Positions 13,318 to 24,362 of a stretch of 64,000 nucleotides of DNA are shown in pieces. The position numbers and the translations under genes were made by a program. The stretch's first letter is position 1; every line of letters begins with the position of its first letter. The DNA comes from Eutreptiella sp. 'Long Island Sound 2002' (lineage: Eukaryota > Protista > Euglenida): positions 146,506,001 through 146,570,000 of the forward strand of contig OZ038378.1 in assembly GCA_964036045.1 (NCBI GenBank). The letters run 5' to 3'. Under the pieces are notes generated by a model. That model did not search any database. It was not told the origin of the DNA and saw nothing but the letters and a program-made list of their open reading frames with translations.

Positions 13318-13737
13318 GCTGCGGCACGCTGCGGCATGCTGCGGCATGCTGCGGCATGCTTCAAGCTGTTGGTCAAGGGTACCTCCTGTGATCCCTCGGT
13401 TGTTTGAGTATCCTCAGGACTTGACATGTCAAAAAAACACCAAAAAAGCGAAGATCTGTGCAACAATAGAGAGGAACTGACAGGCAAAAATTGTCCTTTC
13501 CGGGAATGGAATCCACAACCCTCCAAACTGGGGCCTGGTACATAGACCACTGAGCTACCACTCAGTTCTGAGATGCTTGTGCAACAAAGGGTTCAGAGGT
13601 TTGACATGTTATGAAAAAAAAGTCCGCCATGTGAAAATTTTGCCTCGCTGCGGCATGCTGCGGCATGCTTCAAAACCCCCACCAACAGCTCCCAGAATCT
13701 GGCGCTGCGGCATGCTGCGGCATGCTGCGGCATGCTG
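13318..13737. repeat. Three short arrays of the 10-bp unit GCTGCGGCAT
   Basis: Arrays at 13318-13360, 13647-13669 and 13704-13736, embedded in locally duplicated modules. Confidence 0.85.
13490..13560 (-). other. tRNA-like Pol III head (possible SINE remnant)
   Basis: Minus strand: A-box TAGCTCAGTGG (13557-13547), degenerate B-box GGATTCCATTCCCGG (~13514-13500), then TTTTT. No complete cloverleaf. Confidence 0.35.
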
Positions 13738-14394
13738 CTGCCGTTGGTGCTTGGTCGAGGCATCCCCCCCCCCCCCCCCCCCGCACAGGCCCACGGTCCG
13801 CGGGACGATCCGGTTGGGGCGTGGGGCGGCGGCGGACCGACGGCTGAACCCCAACGGGATGCAGGACCGGGGGTCCCGCCAGCCAGCGCCCCACTGCCCC
13901 CGACGCCCCGACTGCGGACGGTCGGACAAACCCCCGGCCAAACACGAAGATCATTCCCCGTTGCAACCCCCTTTTGGCCTGCGGGCCACGTCCCACGCCC
14001 CCAACGCGTGGGATGGCCCGCCGCCCCCCTCATCTCGTCAGCCACAAAAGCCGTCGATCCGCGCGGCGTTGACGTGCAGCCGCACCGGCACATCCGCTTG
14101 CGCATGTCTTCCGCTAGGCAAGAGGCAACGCCGGTACAACGGCGGCGCCGGTTTCTGGCGGTTGTTGTGGCGGACTGGCGGCGGTTGGCAGTGGACTGGC
14201 GGCGGTTGGATTGGCGAGCGACGGTTGGGCGTGGGTTTGCGGCGGACGGACGGCGGGCGGTGTGCCCCACATTCCACATCCAAAGAGCCACGAGCAATGG
14301 GGTGATGGAGTGTATAATAATGGGGTGGACGGGCGGTAGTGTCCAGGAAAGACGCAGATGAATGCCCCGAACAGGCCCCCCTCGGGGCAGGGCA

Positions 14395-14560
14395 GGGAGG
14401 CAGTAGAAGGGAAGGGGCCTCAGAGGCTGTCCAAGAGGCGGTTAGGCAGGCGGTTGGAGGGGGTTGCCAAAGCGGTTGGGGGCAGTTACGGTCGGTTATA
14501 CATACCTCTGGGCCAGGGGGACAGTGGCTGGGCACAGGCTGGGCGCCCTGGAGGGGGAGG
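14395..14560 (+). repeat. Dispersed repeat family A, copy 1
   Basis: CCTCAGAGGC...GCGGTTAGGCAGGCGGTTGGAGG...GGGACAGTGGCTGGGCA is shared with 20905-21075. Confidence 0.8.
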
Positions 14561-14885
14561 GGGGTGGGGTACCTTCCCCCCTTCCCATACCTCCCTGGGG
14601 TAGGCTCTCCACTACGGGGTCCCAAATGGGGCCTATCGTCGGGTGTGTGCGCCGTGTGGGTGCAGGGCTTGCCCCCCCCGAAGGAACTCTGGGCTATTGC
14701 ACGCGTGCACAAGAGGCAGTCAGCACAAAGCGCGGAAAGAAATTTGGCTCGTCAGTGGCCTACAAGACCATAGGTACCTTTCTGTCAAAAGTGAGACACG
14801 AAGATGCCAGTGGGTTGGCCACTGAGCAGGCAAAGTTCACCAAAGGTGCAGCGGCAGCCCCCCCCCCCCCTCCGCCCGGATGGCC

Positions 14886-15892
14886 TCACTCCAGCGTGGT
14901 GTCGAACCCGCACGGCAGACTGTTCTGCTGGAACTCCGCCACGGACAGCCCGGCCCCGGCCACGGCCCACGCCACCTCCGCCCGGTCCTCGGCCAAGCAC
15001 CGGGCGACACACGCGACCCCGGAGCCGCGGACGCGGTGCTGCCCCGCGGCCCCCGCCCTCCTCCGCACCCACGGCCCCGCGTCGGTGCCGAGCAGCACGT
15101 GGGCCTCCCCCAGCGCCACCCCGCCCCGGATCGCGCCCGGGGCGCGCGCGTCCTCCGCGCACACGCCCCGGCGCCAGACCTTGTAGCCCCCGGTGGCGAG
15201 GGCCACGGCCACGGCCCCGGTAGGATCCGCCCCCCGCTCGGGGCCCACCCACGCCACCGCCGCGTCGTGTCGCGGCAGCGTCCACAGCAGCGCGAGGGTC
15301 CGGATGTCCAGCACCGCGGCGTCCCCGGCCTCGGAGCCGAGCCACAGCGCCGTGCCCGCCGCGTGCACCGCGCTGACCCCCGCCGCCCACGCGCCGTCCC
15401 GCACCCACGCGGGGGCGGGGCTCCGCACGTCCAGCGCGAGCAGCCCCCCGCGCGGGCCCCCGGCCACCGGCCCGGCCGCGGTCCACGTGGGCGTGAGCGC
15501 CGAGCCGCCCCACGGCAGCGCGACCGCGGCGGTGGCGCGCGCGTCGGGCGCGGCGTCCCAGACCGTCAGGCGGCCGGACCCCAAAGCGACGAACGTGCGG
15601 CCGCGGGAGGCGAGGCAGCGGACGGGCTCCGCCGCGGCGTCGCACGGCGGGCGGGCGGCGTCGCCGTGCTGCGCGTTCTGGAGCACGAGCCCGCCCCGGC
15701 CCCCGGCCGCCAGGGCGGTGGGGCCCACCCAGCACAGGGCCCGCACCTCCGCGTCCAGCGGCGGCAGGCACCGGACCGTGTAGCGGTTTCCGGTGTTGTC
15801 CTCCGGGTACGTGCGGACGGGGCGGCACCGCCGCCCAGCGAAGTACGGATTGGCGTCGTGTTGGCGACCGTTGCTGGTGCTGCTGGTGCTGG

Positions 15893-15927
<35 letters not shown>

Positions 15928-16862
15928 GTCTTGGCAGCGTCGTCGGTGCTGGCGGTCTTGGCAGCGTCGGCGGTGCTGGCGGTCTTGGCAGCGTCGGCGG
16001 TGCTGGCGGTCTTGGCAGCGTCGGCGGTGCTGGCGGTCTTGGCAGCGTCGGCGGTGCTGGCGGTCTTGGCAGCGTCGTCGGTGCTGGCGGTCTTGGCAGC
16101 GTCGGCGGTGCTGGCGGTCTTGGCAGCGTCGGCGGTGCTGGCGGTCTTGGCAGCGTCGGCGGTGCTGGCGGTCTTGGCAGCGTCGTCGGTGCTGGCGGTC
16201 TTGGCAGCGTCGGCGGTGCTGGCGGTCTTGGCAGCGTCGGCGGTGCTGGCGGTCTTGGCAGCGTCGGCGGTGCTGGCGGTCTTGGCAGCGTCGGCGGTGC
16301 TGGCGGTCTTGGCAGCGTCGGCGGTGCTGGCGGTCTTGGCAGCGTCGGCGGTGCTGGCGGTCTTGGCAGCGTCGGCGGTGCTGGCGGTCTTGGCAGCGTC
16401 GGCGGTGCTGGCGGTCTTGGCAGCGTCGGCGGTGCTGGAGTCGTCGTTGCTGCCGCTGCCACCGCCGCCGCCGCCGCCGCCGCTGTTGAGCTCCAAAGAG
16501 TGGGCCGCCGCCTGAGGCTGCGAGGGGCCCTGGGGATCTGTGGCCTGAGGGGGGCCGTTTGACGGGGCCCCGGCGCCGGGGGGCCGCGGCCCCACGGCCT
16601 CGTACACGTCCACCGTCGCGCAGAACACGGCGGTGCGCGGGGCCGGCGCGTAGGTCGTGTGGTCGGGGCAGATGGCCTGCGACGTCCCGGAGCACAGGGC
16701 GTCCAGCGGCTGGTCGCAGCGGAGGATGGGGACGTTGTGGGCCTTGGCGGCGTGGCGCAGCTTGCGGTCCACCGCGCCCAGGGCCTGGACCCACTGCAGG
16801 TGCGTCTGGGCCCCGCCCCCCACCGCCCGCACGCAGATGGGGTTGAAGATGAGGACAGGGGC
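14886..16862 (-). CDS. Last exon of the kinase-nitrilase-WD40 gene: C-terminal half of the CN-hydrolase domain, 9-aa repeat and WD40-like propeller
   Basis: Acceptor cctcgcag|GCC in phase 0. APVLIFNP...[10 protein letters not shown] completes the nitrilase fold. WD-like blades follow (VRCLAS, LTVWD, LDVRS, LDIRT, YKVW). 658 codons to TGA, high GC3. Confidence 0.8.
15924..16436 (-). repeat. Coding minisatellite, 19 x 27 bp (STADAAKTA)
   Basis: 513 bp. Units 10, 14 and 19 carry the variant STDDAAKTA. Confidence 0.95.
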
Positions 16863-17207
16863 CTGCGAGGCAGGGGCATCGGAAGGGGAGGAGGGGGGGG
16901 ACTTGCCCTCAGAGACGTGGGACGCAGCTGGGGACACAGGGGCCCTATGTAATCGGTTTTGGTGTCCCCTGCCGCGGGGGGGGGGGGGGGGGGATGCAAG
17001 TTGAGACGGCGAAAGATGCGATGGGGAAAAAAATGCAAACGAACGCATTTGTATTTTGTCCGCCCCCCTCGTCAAAATGGTGCACGTGACACAACCTTGT
17101 CCATGGATGGCCACAATACAAGGAAACTGAAGGCAAGACAGAAGCCAAACAAAATGCGCAAAAAACATGCATTTGCATCCCCCCCACCCCCCTGCCCCCG
17201 CTTTGGA

Positions 17208-17435
17208 GCACAAGGCCTCGGTCTCTGATTGTTTGCCTTTGGCGGCGCCTATGTGCCTCTCGCCACTGCTCATTCTGACCCTCTGTGGGTCCGAACGTGT
17301 TTTGGTTGTGTCAACGGAGCCCGCGGATGACTTGTCCTGTTTGACTACTCCGGGGGGTCGGCCGTCCCGGAGACGGGCTGTTGGCTTGTGCCGTTGACCA
17401 GGGGCATCCAGATGCACAATCCGAGTCCGTGCGGG
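17208..17435 (+). repeat. Dispersed repeat family B, copy 1 (intronic)
   Basis: CACAAGGCCTCGGT...GCCACTGCTCATTCTGACCCTCTGTGGG...GACTACTCCGGGG is shared with 21440-21660, with a fragment at 21343-21372. Confidence 0.85.
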
Positions 17436-18112
17436 GGTTTGGCGACCCCAGCACTGACTTGAGCGCGCTGGGGTGTGCGTCTGCAGGATCATGTTCCTGA
17501 CAGGGGCTTCTAACACCCACAATGATTCTTTCCCGGTTTTCCTTTCCTTCGGGGGGGGGGGGACCCCAACATATACGGCGCGAAATGATACCCACGTCGT
17601 GCTGATCGTTTTGACTACACATTTGTGGGGGAAAACTTTCGGTGGAAAAAACTTTTTCGGGCCCAAATTTGTGTTCCGGCGCCTTCAGCGCCAACATAGA
17701 TTGCTGCACAAAACAAAGGGCCCGGCACGGAAGCCCATCCCCCCCCCGCGCGCCTTCAGGGGGCATCCGTGCTCTGCCCCGCCCCCCAACCCCCCGCCCC
17801 CCTGGAGCAATTGTCAGACCGCCCACACATCACATGGATTGATTGCACAAATCTGAGGCCTGCCTTGATGGCTTCCACAGAGGTCTCCGGTGCCAAACCG
17901 CATAGTCGCAGGCATGGCGGCCGTCCACTGGGGGGTCCACTGGGGGCGCGCGCGCGCGCGCGTGCGTGTGGTCCGTGCGTCTGTGTGTCTGTGCGAGTGT
18001 GTGCGTATCTGTGTGTGCGGGTGTGAAGGGGTGAGGGTGTGGGATCGACGGCATCAGCCGGCCTCCATCCTCCGAAGCGCTGCAACGAGCCTCCTCCACA
18101 AGGCCAGCGTAC

Positions 18113-20753
18113 CTGATCCAGCGTCTCCTGCAGCAGCGCCCGGTCCTCGATGTCGAAGCAGATGAGGATGCCGCACGCGCCCTTGTCCGTGTGGATGATC
18201 CCGACGTCGGCCCCGGGGCAGCCCTCGGCGCGGCTCGTCAGGTTGCGCTTGCGGTACGCGCCGATGACGCCCCCGTTGCGGCCCAGGGCCACGCACGTCA
18301 CGTAGCGGCGGCCGTCGGGGCCGACCTCCGGCAGCGTGCCCAGGAGGGCGTGCACGCGGTGCGCCCGGCAGAGGGCGGCCATGGCCTGCACCGCCGGGAC
18401 CGCGTGCAGCGCCCCCGTGCGGCCCTCCTCCGTGATCCACCCCTCGGGAACAGCAGGAAGTCCAGCGGCTCGCCGGACGTCGCGCGGTGCGTCGCGAGGG
18501 CGGCGCGCACGAGGGCGAGGGACTCGTCGGTCGGGCCCGACGGGACCTGGAAGACCAGCACCCGCACCGCGTCGCGGTGCGCGTGGGCGGTGCCTAGCGG
18601 GCACGGCGGGGCCGGCGGGGGCGGGGGCGCGGGGCGCCGCCACGTCCCGTCCGGCGACCGCTGCCACGCGCCGGAGGCCGCGGCGCCCGCCGGCGGAGGG
18701 GGCGGGGGGGCGGGGGGCGCGGAGGGAGGACAGGGGGGGGCGGGGGGGGCGGGGGGCGCGGAGGGAGGACAGGGGGGGGCGGGGGGGGTCGGGGCCGCAG
18801 GGGGGGCGGCGGCTCGAGGGCGGCGCAGACCGCGCCCGCCTCCAGCCCCGCGGCGGCGAGCTCCTCCCGCAGCACCGCCCACACCCCCTCGAGGTACGCG
18901 GCGCTGATGCGCCCGCAGCCCGCGGCCCACACGTCCTGCCAGTCCTCCTCCGCCATGGCCCCCAGGCCCTCTTTGAGGCGGAGCAGGGGCGCGGGCCCCA
19001 ACGCGACGAAGGCGCCGACGCACGCGACCATCCCCCGCGCGACGCACGCGGCCGCGCCGGGGCCCAGGACGGCCGCGTGCTCGGGCCCGGCCACCGCCTC
19101 GAGAACGCTCCGGACGTACGGGTTGGCCCCGATGGCGGGGTCGCGGAGCTGCGCGGGGCCGGGGCCGGCGAAGGCCGGCAGAAGGGAGCGCAGGAGGGTG
19201 CGCAGGCGGCGGCAGTAGGCCGCGTAGGTGTCCGGGTGCTGGACGGGGTCGATGGTGGTGACGGCGCAGTCGACGAGATACAGGCGGTGGTCCAGCGCGT
19301 TGCAGATGACGTTGCCGGGGTTGCCCAGGTTGTCCCACAGGTCCGCGCACGGGAGGCTGTCGCCGTTGTTGATGACCGCGTTGAAGAGCACCGCCCGCCC
19401 CACGTGGTACATCGCGCAGTCCGCTGCGCGCGCGTGCGGCGCGCCGCACGCCAGTGCCGCGACGCGCGCGCCCGCCTGCAGGCTGCGCCCGGGCACCCGC
19501 TGCTGCACCGTCAGCTGCGGGCGGTTGAGGCCCTTGTCCAGGGCGCGGGCCATGACCACTGCGTCGGCGCCGGAGGCCGGGAGGCCCCGCACGGCGGCCC
19601 GGAGGTCGTGCCAGGGCTGCGACGGCCAGAACGCCACGGCGGAGGTCGGGTGGGGCACGCGCAGCAGGTCCGCCAGCGCGGCCGCGTACGCCTCCTGCGC
19701 GACGGTGGCCGAGCCCTTCAGAACGCGGTGGTGGTCCGCGAAGTCGATGAAGAAGACGGTGCCCGAGGCCCCCTCCTCCGGCCGCGCGATGGAGAGCGCG
19801 CCGTCCCACACGAGCAGTTCCGCCGCCGTGGGGCGGCGCGTGTGGCACGTGCGCTGCGGCGGGGGCGGCGGGGGGGCCGGGGGCGCGGCCTTGAGGCGGA
19901 AGGGGACGCCGACCGGGGGCGGGGGGGGCGCGGGGGGCGGGGGGGCCGTCGGGGGGGTGTCACCGCCGGCGGTGTGCGTGGGAGCGGGGGCTGAGGGCGG
20001 TGGAGGGGGCGGTGGAGGGGGCGGGGCGGCGGAGGGCCTCTGTCCGACGACGCTTCCGGCGTTCGGGGGTGGCGGCGGCGGTGGAGGGGGCGGGGGCGAG
20101 GGCGGGGGGGCGGACGGAGGAGGCGGCGGAGCGCACGCGGCCGAACGGGGCTCTGGGGTCCGGGCCGGGGGCGGCGGCGAGGGGGCGGGGGGGGGCGACG
20201 CCGGGGGGTCGGGCGGGGGACCGGCGTCGCAGGGGACGTCCCCGAACGCCGCGGGCCAGCGGCGCCGCGCCGCCGCGGCCCACGCCCCCCACGCGGCCCG
20301 CACGGCCCCGCACAGGTCCGCGGGCAGCGGGACCCCGCCCTCGGCCACGCTCAGGCGGTGCAGCGCGGCCCACACGGTGGCGTTCGTGCGCGGCTCCACG
20401 AGCGGGAGCGCCCTCAGGCGCGCGACGGCGGCGCGCGCGAGCGACTTGCTCTCGGCGCGGCCCTCCGCCGCGTCGCCCGCGCCGCGCGCGAGGCCGGTCA
20501 CGATCCGGTGCACGAGGCCGTGCAGGCCCTCGGCCTCGCGGCGGTACCGGCCGAGGATGTCCCGCAGCCAGTCCGGGTCGGCGGCGGCAGGGGGCAGGGC
20601 CAGGGAGGCGTGCTCCCCGTCCAGCGTCCGCAGCACCGCCGCGGCGTAGGCGCTGCAGTTCTCGCGGATCGCGCGGTACTGGTCGTCGGTGGCGGTCTGC
20701 TCCTGCGGCAACACTTTGTGGTCTTCGGAGGTGCGGATGTGGAGGAGGTGCAC
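18113..20753 (-). CDS. Central exon: Pro-rich linker, actin-fragmin-kinase-like domain, Pro-rich linker, N-terminal half of the CN-hydrolase domain (two 1-nt frameshifts)
   Basis: Acceptor ctgcag|GTG and donor CAG|GTACGC, both phase 0. AFK motifs: EEGASGTVFF, VLK, QE, NNGDSLP, GNPGNV, LVD. Nitrilase triad: FPEG, YRKRNL, ICFD. Continuity needs +1 nt at ~18800-18806 and at ~18446. Confidence 0.8.
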
Positions 20754-20904
20754 CTGCAGTCCCGCGGGGGTGGGGGGGGGTTGAGGTAGAGGCAGGTCCC
20801 CGGCGCCAGGGCACCATCACGCGTCACAGGCCCCAGGACGGGCCCCCGCCCGGGGGCCAACGGGCTGTTGGTCAAGCGCTAGGCGACCGAACTACACGAC
20901 CGCC

Positions 20905-21075
20905 GTGGGCAGTGATTCGGAGGAAAGGGACCTCAGAGGCGGCCCCAGCAGCGGTTAGGCAGGCGGTTGGAGGAGGTTGCCGAAGCGGTTGGGGGGCGGT
21001 TACTGTCGGTTACAAATGCCATTGAGGCTGGCACTTGGCGTCAGGGGGACAGTGGCTGGGCATAGGCTGGGCCCT
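20905..21075 (+). repeat. Dispersed repeat family A, copy 2 (intronic)
   Basis: Aligns with 14395-14560. Confidence 0.8.
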
Positions 21076-21439
21076 CACCCCCTTCCGATGCATCTCTGGC
21101 ATTGGGTCATGGCCCATGCAGCGCTTGAAGGGTCGGGGGGAGGGGGGTGCTCCCCGCCCTTTGGCGGGACGGACAGCCCTGCCGTCGGGCTTCCGTCCGT
21201 CCCTAACGTGGTCGCCCCGGCCACGGGCCATCGCCGGCCCACAGCCCTGAGCCCAGACACGGGGCATGCCACATGCTGCCCACCCCTTTTCCGCGGGGAC
21301 GGAACAGCCCCCGCCGGAAGGACGCCAGGGGGGGGGGGAGAGGGTTGGCACAAGGCCTCGGTATTCGGTTGTTTGCGAAGGAGGGCCTGGGCGAGAGCGA
21401 GGGCCCCAAGGCCCGTCACCGGCATCACCGGGTGGGGTT

Positions 21440-21660
21440 GGCACAAAGCCTCGGTATCTGATTGTGTGCCTTTGGCAGCGCCTATGTGCCTCTCGCCACT
21501 GCTCATTCTGACCCTCTGTGGGCCTGAACGTGTTTTGGTTGTGTCAACGGAGCCCCCGGATGACTTGTCCTGTTTGACTACTCCGGGGGTCGGCCGTCCC
21601 GGAGACGGGGCTGTTGCCCATGCCGTTGACCAGGTGCATCCAGAGGCACACTCCGAGTCC
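21440..21660 (+). repeat. Dispersed repeat family B, copy 2 (intronic)
   Basis: Aligns with 17208-17435. Confidence 0.85.
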
Positions 21661-22027
21661 GAACCCCGGGAGACCCCGGGTTCGAACCCTGGGGCCGTCA
21701 CGACCCCCCGGGGCAGTGGCGCGGGGGCGGGAGGCGCATGCGGGGCCAATGAAGCGAGGGGCGGTCTGGGGCACCCCCTGACGGACGAGGGCAGTGCTGT
21801 GCAGGCCAAGCGATCGCACATCGCTTGGCACTGCACAGCACTGCCAGACCTCTGCAGGCACCGGTCATCTCTGTGGGGTGTGCCGTGGGGGGACGCCGGT
21901 GGGTGGGGCGTAGGGGAGGGCAGCCGTGGGGGTCAAGGGCGAAGCTGGATCAGGCCATTGCTGAGGCACCCCCCCCCGACCGGGGGGGGGGGGTTCGGGG
22001 TCCTGCCAGACCCCAGCCGACTCCCTG

Positions 22028-22331
22028 TGTGACATTCCGTCCGGTTGTTGCTCCTTTACGGGGCCCTGGACAGTCACCCGCTCTTCCCTTCGCATGTTGC
22101 GTCGGGTCGCTGCGTTCTGTCGGCCGCTGCGGCCGGTGCTCCCGCTGGTGTCGTTTCCGCGTTCGCGGAGCCCAGTAGTTGGTGTGCTGGGGCTGCGCTG
22201 AATGTGGCGGGATGTGCCGTTTGCGTGTCAGCGGCGCCCAATAGTTGGCGTATTGAGGATGTGCTGGTTGTTGCCGGGGTCGTTTGACTGTTTTTGCTGT
22301 CCACACACCTCTGTCCACAGGCCGTCCATAG
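22028..22331 (+). repeat. Dispersed repeat family C, copy 1 (intronic)
   Basis: GTGACATTCCGTC...GGTCGCTGCGTTCTGTCGGCCGCTGCGGCC...CCACAGGCCGTCCATA is shared with 23318-23620. Confidence 0.9.
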
Positions 22332-22568
22332 CCTGCCTCGCTGTGTTTCTGTGCGGCCCAGGTGCCCTGTTCCCCCCCTCAGTCCCGCGCAACAAAAGTG
22401 ACATTCAAAAAAAAAAAAAAAAAAAAAAAAAGAGGCCCGGAATTGGAGGCCGATTTCAGGGACACAAACTTGTTTTTGGCCTCTGACAACGGGCCTGGGC
22501 AGGGGGTGGGACGCAAGGGGGCGGGGCATACGGTGGGGCCCCGCGATGAGAAGCACGGGACGAGGCAC

Positions 22569-22985
22569 CTCAGTCTCCGGAAGCGACCGCATCCAGAAGC
22601 AGAACAACGCGAACTCGCAGTGCAGCACGTGGGCCACCTCCTCGTGGTCCCCCTCCGCGATGCTGCGCCCCACGGCCGGGCTGGCGTACGCGGCGCTCGA
22701 AAGCCCCGGGACCAGCAGCCCGAACTCGGCGAGCTGGTTGTCGACGAAGACCACCGCCTCGAACAGGCCGCTGCCGCTCAGCGCGCGCACGACGCTCAGC
22801 TTCGACTCGTTCTCCAGTCGCACGCTCAGCGGGGACGGAGGGAGCGCGGACCCGCGGATGCTGATGCCCAGGGCCCCGTCAAGCGTGAAGCCCCGGTCCC
22901 TCGAGAGCTTGAAGACGTGCTCGCTTCCCTCGCCGATGCCGAAGTAGGGGCGGAACTCCGCCAGGACCGGCTGGTGGAGACCACC
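22569..22985 (-). CDS. Upstream exon of the kinase-nitrilase-WD40 gene (139 aa, unassigned domain)
   Basis: Acceptor tttctag|GGT after a (CCCT)n tract and donor GAG|GTGCCT. 417 nt, phase 0-0, high GC3, and it joins the 20753 exon in frame. Confidence 0.7.
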
Positions 22986-22992
22986 CTAGAAA

Positions 22993-23162
22993 GGGAGGGA
23001 GGGAGGGATGGAGGGAGGGATGGAGGGAGGGAGGGAGGGAGGGAGGGAGGGAGGGAGGGAGGGAGGGAGGGAGGGAGGGAGGGAGGGAGGGAGGGAGGGA
23101 GGGAGGGAGGGAGGGAGGGAGGGAGGGAGGGAGGGAGGGAGGGAGGGAGGGAGGGAGGGAGG
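22993..23162. repeat. (GGGA)n/(CCCT)n microsatellite, about 42 units
   Basis: Near-perfect tetranucleotide run directly upstream of the 22985 acceptor on the minus strand. Confidence 0.95.
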
Positions 23163-23317
23163 GGGCCGGGTGCCAAGAGCCCCGGTTTGACGGAGATGGA
23201 GGTGCTGCGCACCATACCCGGAGTGAGAGGGCCCATCGGGGGCGGGGGGTGGGGGGTATGGATACCGTTCCTTGCCTCCCATGACGCCTTGTTCTAGGAG
23301 CATACCCCCCCGCCCCG

Positions 23318-23620
23318 TGTGACATTCCGTCGGGTTGTTGTTCCTTTACGGGGCCCTGGACAGTCACCCGTTCTTCCCTTCGCATGTTGCGTCGGGTCGC
23401 TGCGTTCTGTCGGCCGCTGCGGCCGGTGCTCTTGCTGGTGTCGTTTCCGCGTTCGCGGAGCCCCGTCGTTGGTGTGCCGGGGCTGTGCTGGATGTGGCGG
23501 GATGTGCCGTTTGCGCGTCAACGGCGCCCAGTAGTTGGCGTATTGGGGGTTGTGCTGGTTGTTGCCGGGGTCGTTTGACTGTTTTTGCTGCCCACACACC
23601 TCCGTCCACAGGCCGTCCAT
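23318..23620 (+). repeat. Dispersed repeat family C, copy 2
   Basis: Aligns with 22028-22331. Confidence 0.9.
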
Positions 23621-23799
23621 ACCACCACCACCCCACACACACCGCAGCGGGTATCAAAGGTTCCTGTTGTTTCAGGGCCTTGGAGCCCCGCGTGTGGACT
23701 GCATTGCCAAATCGCCCCCTCGCCTCCTCGCACGCCACGGGACCAGCCCGGGCTTCACCGCGACACAACAAAGGCACATCGCAAAACGCTGCAACGCAC

Positions 23800-23959
23800 C
23801 CTCATTTGAGGGTTGTCAAGAGGTCTGCGTGAAGGTACAACGGCACTCTGCATGAGTGCACTAGGGAGGGGCCCCAACAAACGTGCAGTGGAACTGCAGA
23901 CATGCGTACAGTACTCGAAATATGTGGGGTCCACGAGAACATGCTCTTGGAGATCCACT
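23800..23959 (-). CDS. Candidate further upstream exon of the same gene
   Basis: Reads VDLQEHVLVDPTYFEYC...PQMR and ends at a phase-0 AGG|GTGCGT donor compatible with the 22985 acceptor. Its own acceptor is weak and GC3 is lower. Confidence 0.3.
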
Positions 23960-24362
23960 CTTCACTTGCACCTGGGCCTTGGACCACAACGTGTGCGTGC
24001 GTGCGAGTACGCACTCGAAAAAAGGATATGCTCTGCCCAAGACGAAGTGCAAAGAGAGGGAAATGGACGCTCAGAATTGTGTGCACAAGTTGCTCATCAC
24101 TTGTCTCACAGCCTGAATGAACCATTGGTTCTGCCCAGTGCTCGCCATTTGTGAAGTTGTTCCTTCGCGGTGCAGCAAAGTGCAACAAGAAGTTCGCACC
24201 AATCCTGAGCTGCCTTGTCCTTTTCCATCGTGCCACACTTTGCATGGGGCTGTGGTAAACCAGGGGCTTGGCTAATGCCCGCCTGGGAATCTGCCAGGCA
24301 ATCGACGGTTGTGGTGCAATGGACACCGTGTGTGCGGCATCGGCGTCTGGTACCATTTAGTA

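Noticed and set aside
14785-20820. Long alternative-frame and antisense ORFs (e.g. 14785-16794, 14880-16562, 18336-19994)
   Set aside because: Shadow ORFs caused by very high GC and repeats; the motif-bearing frames explain the region.
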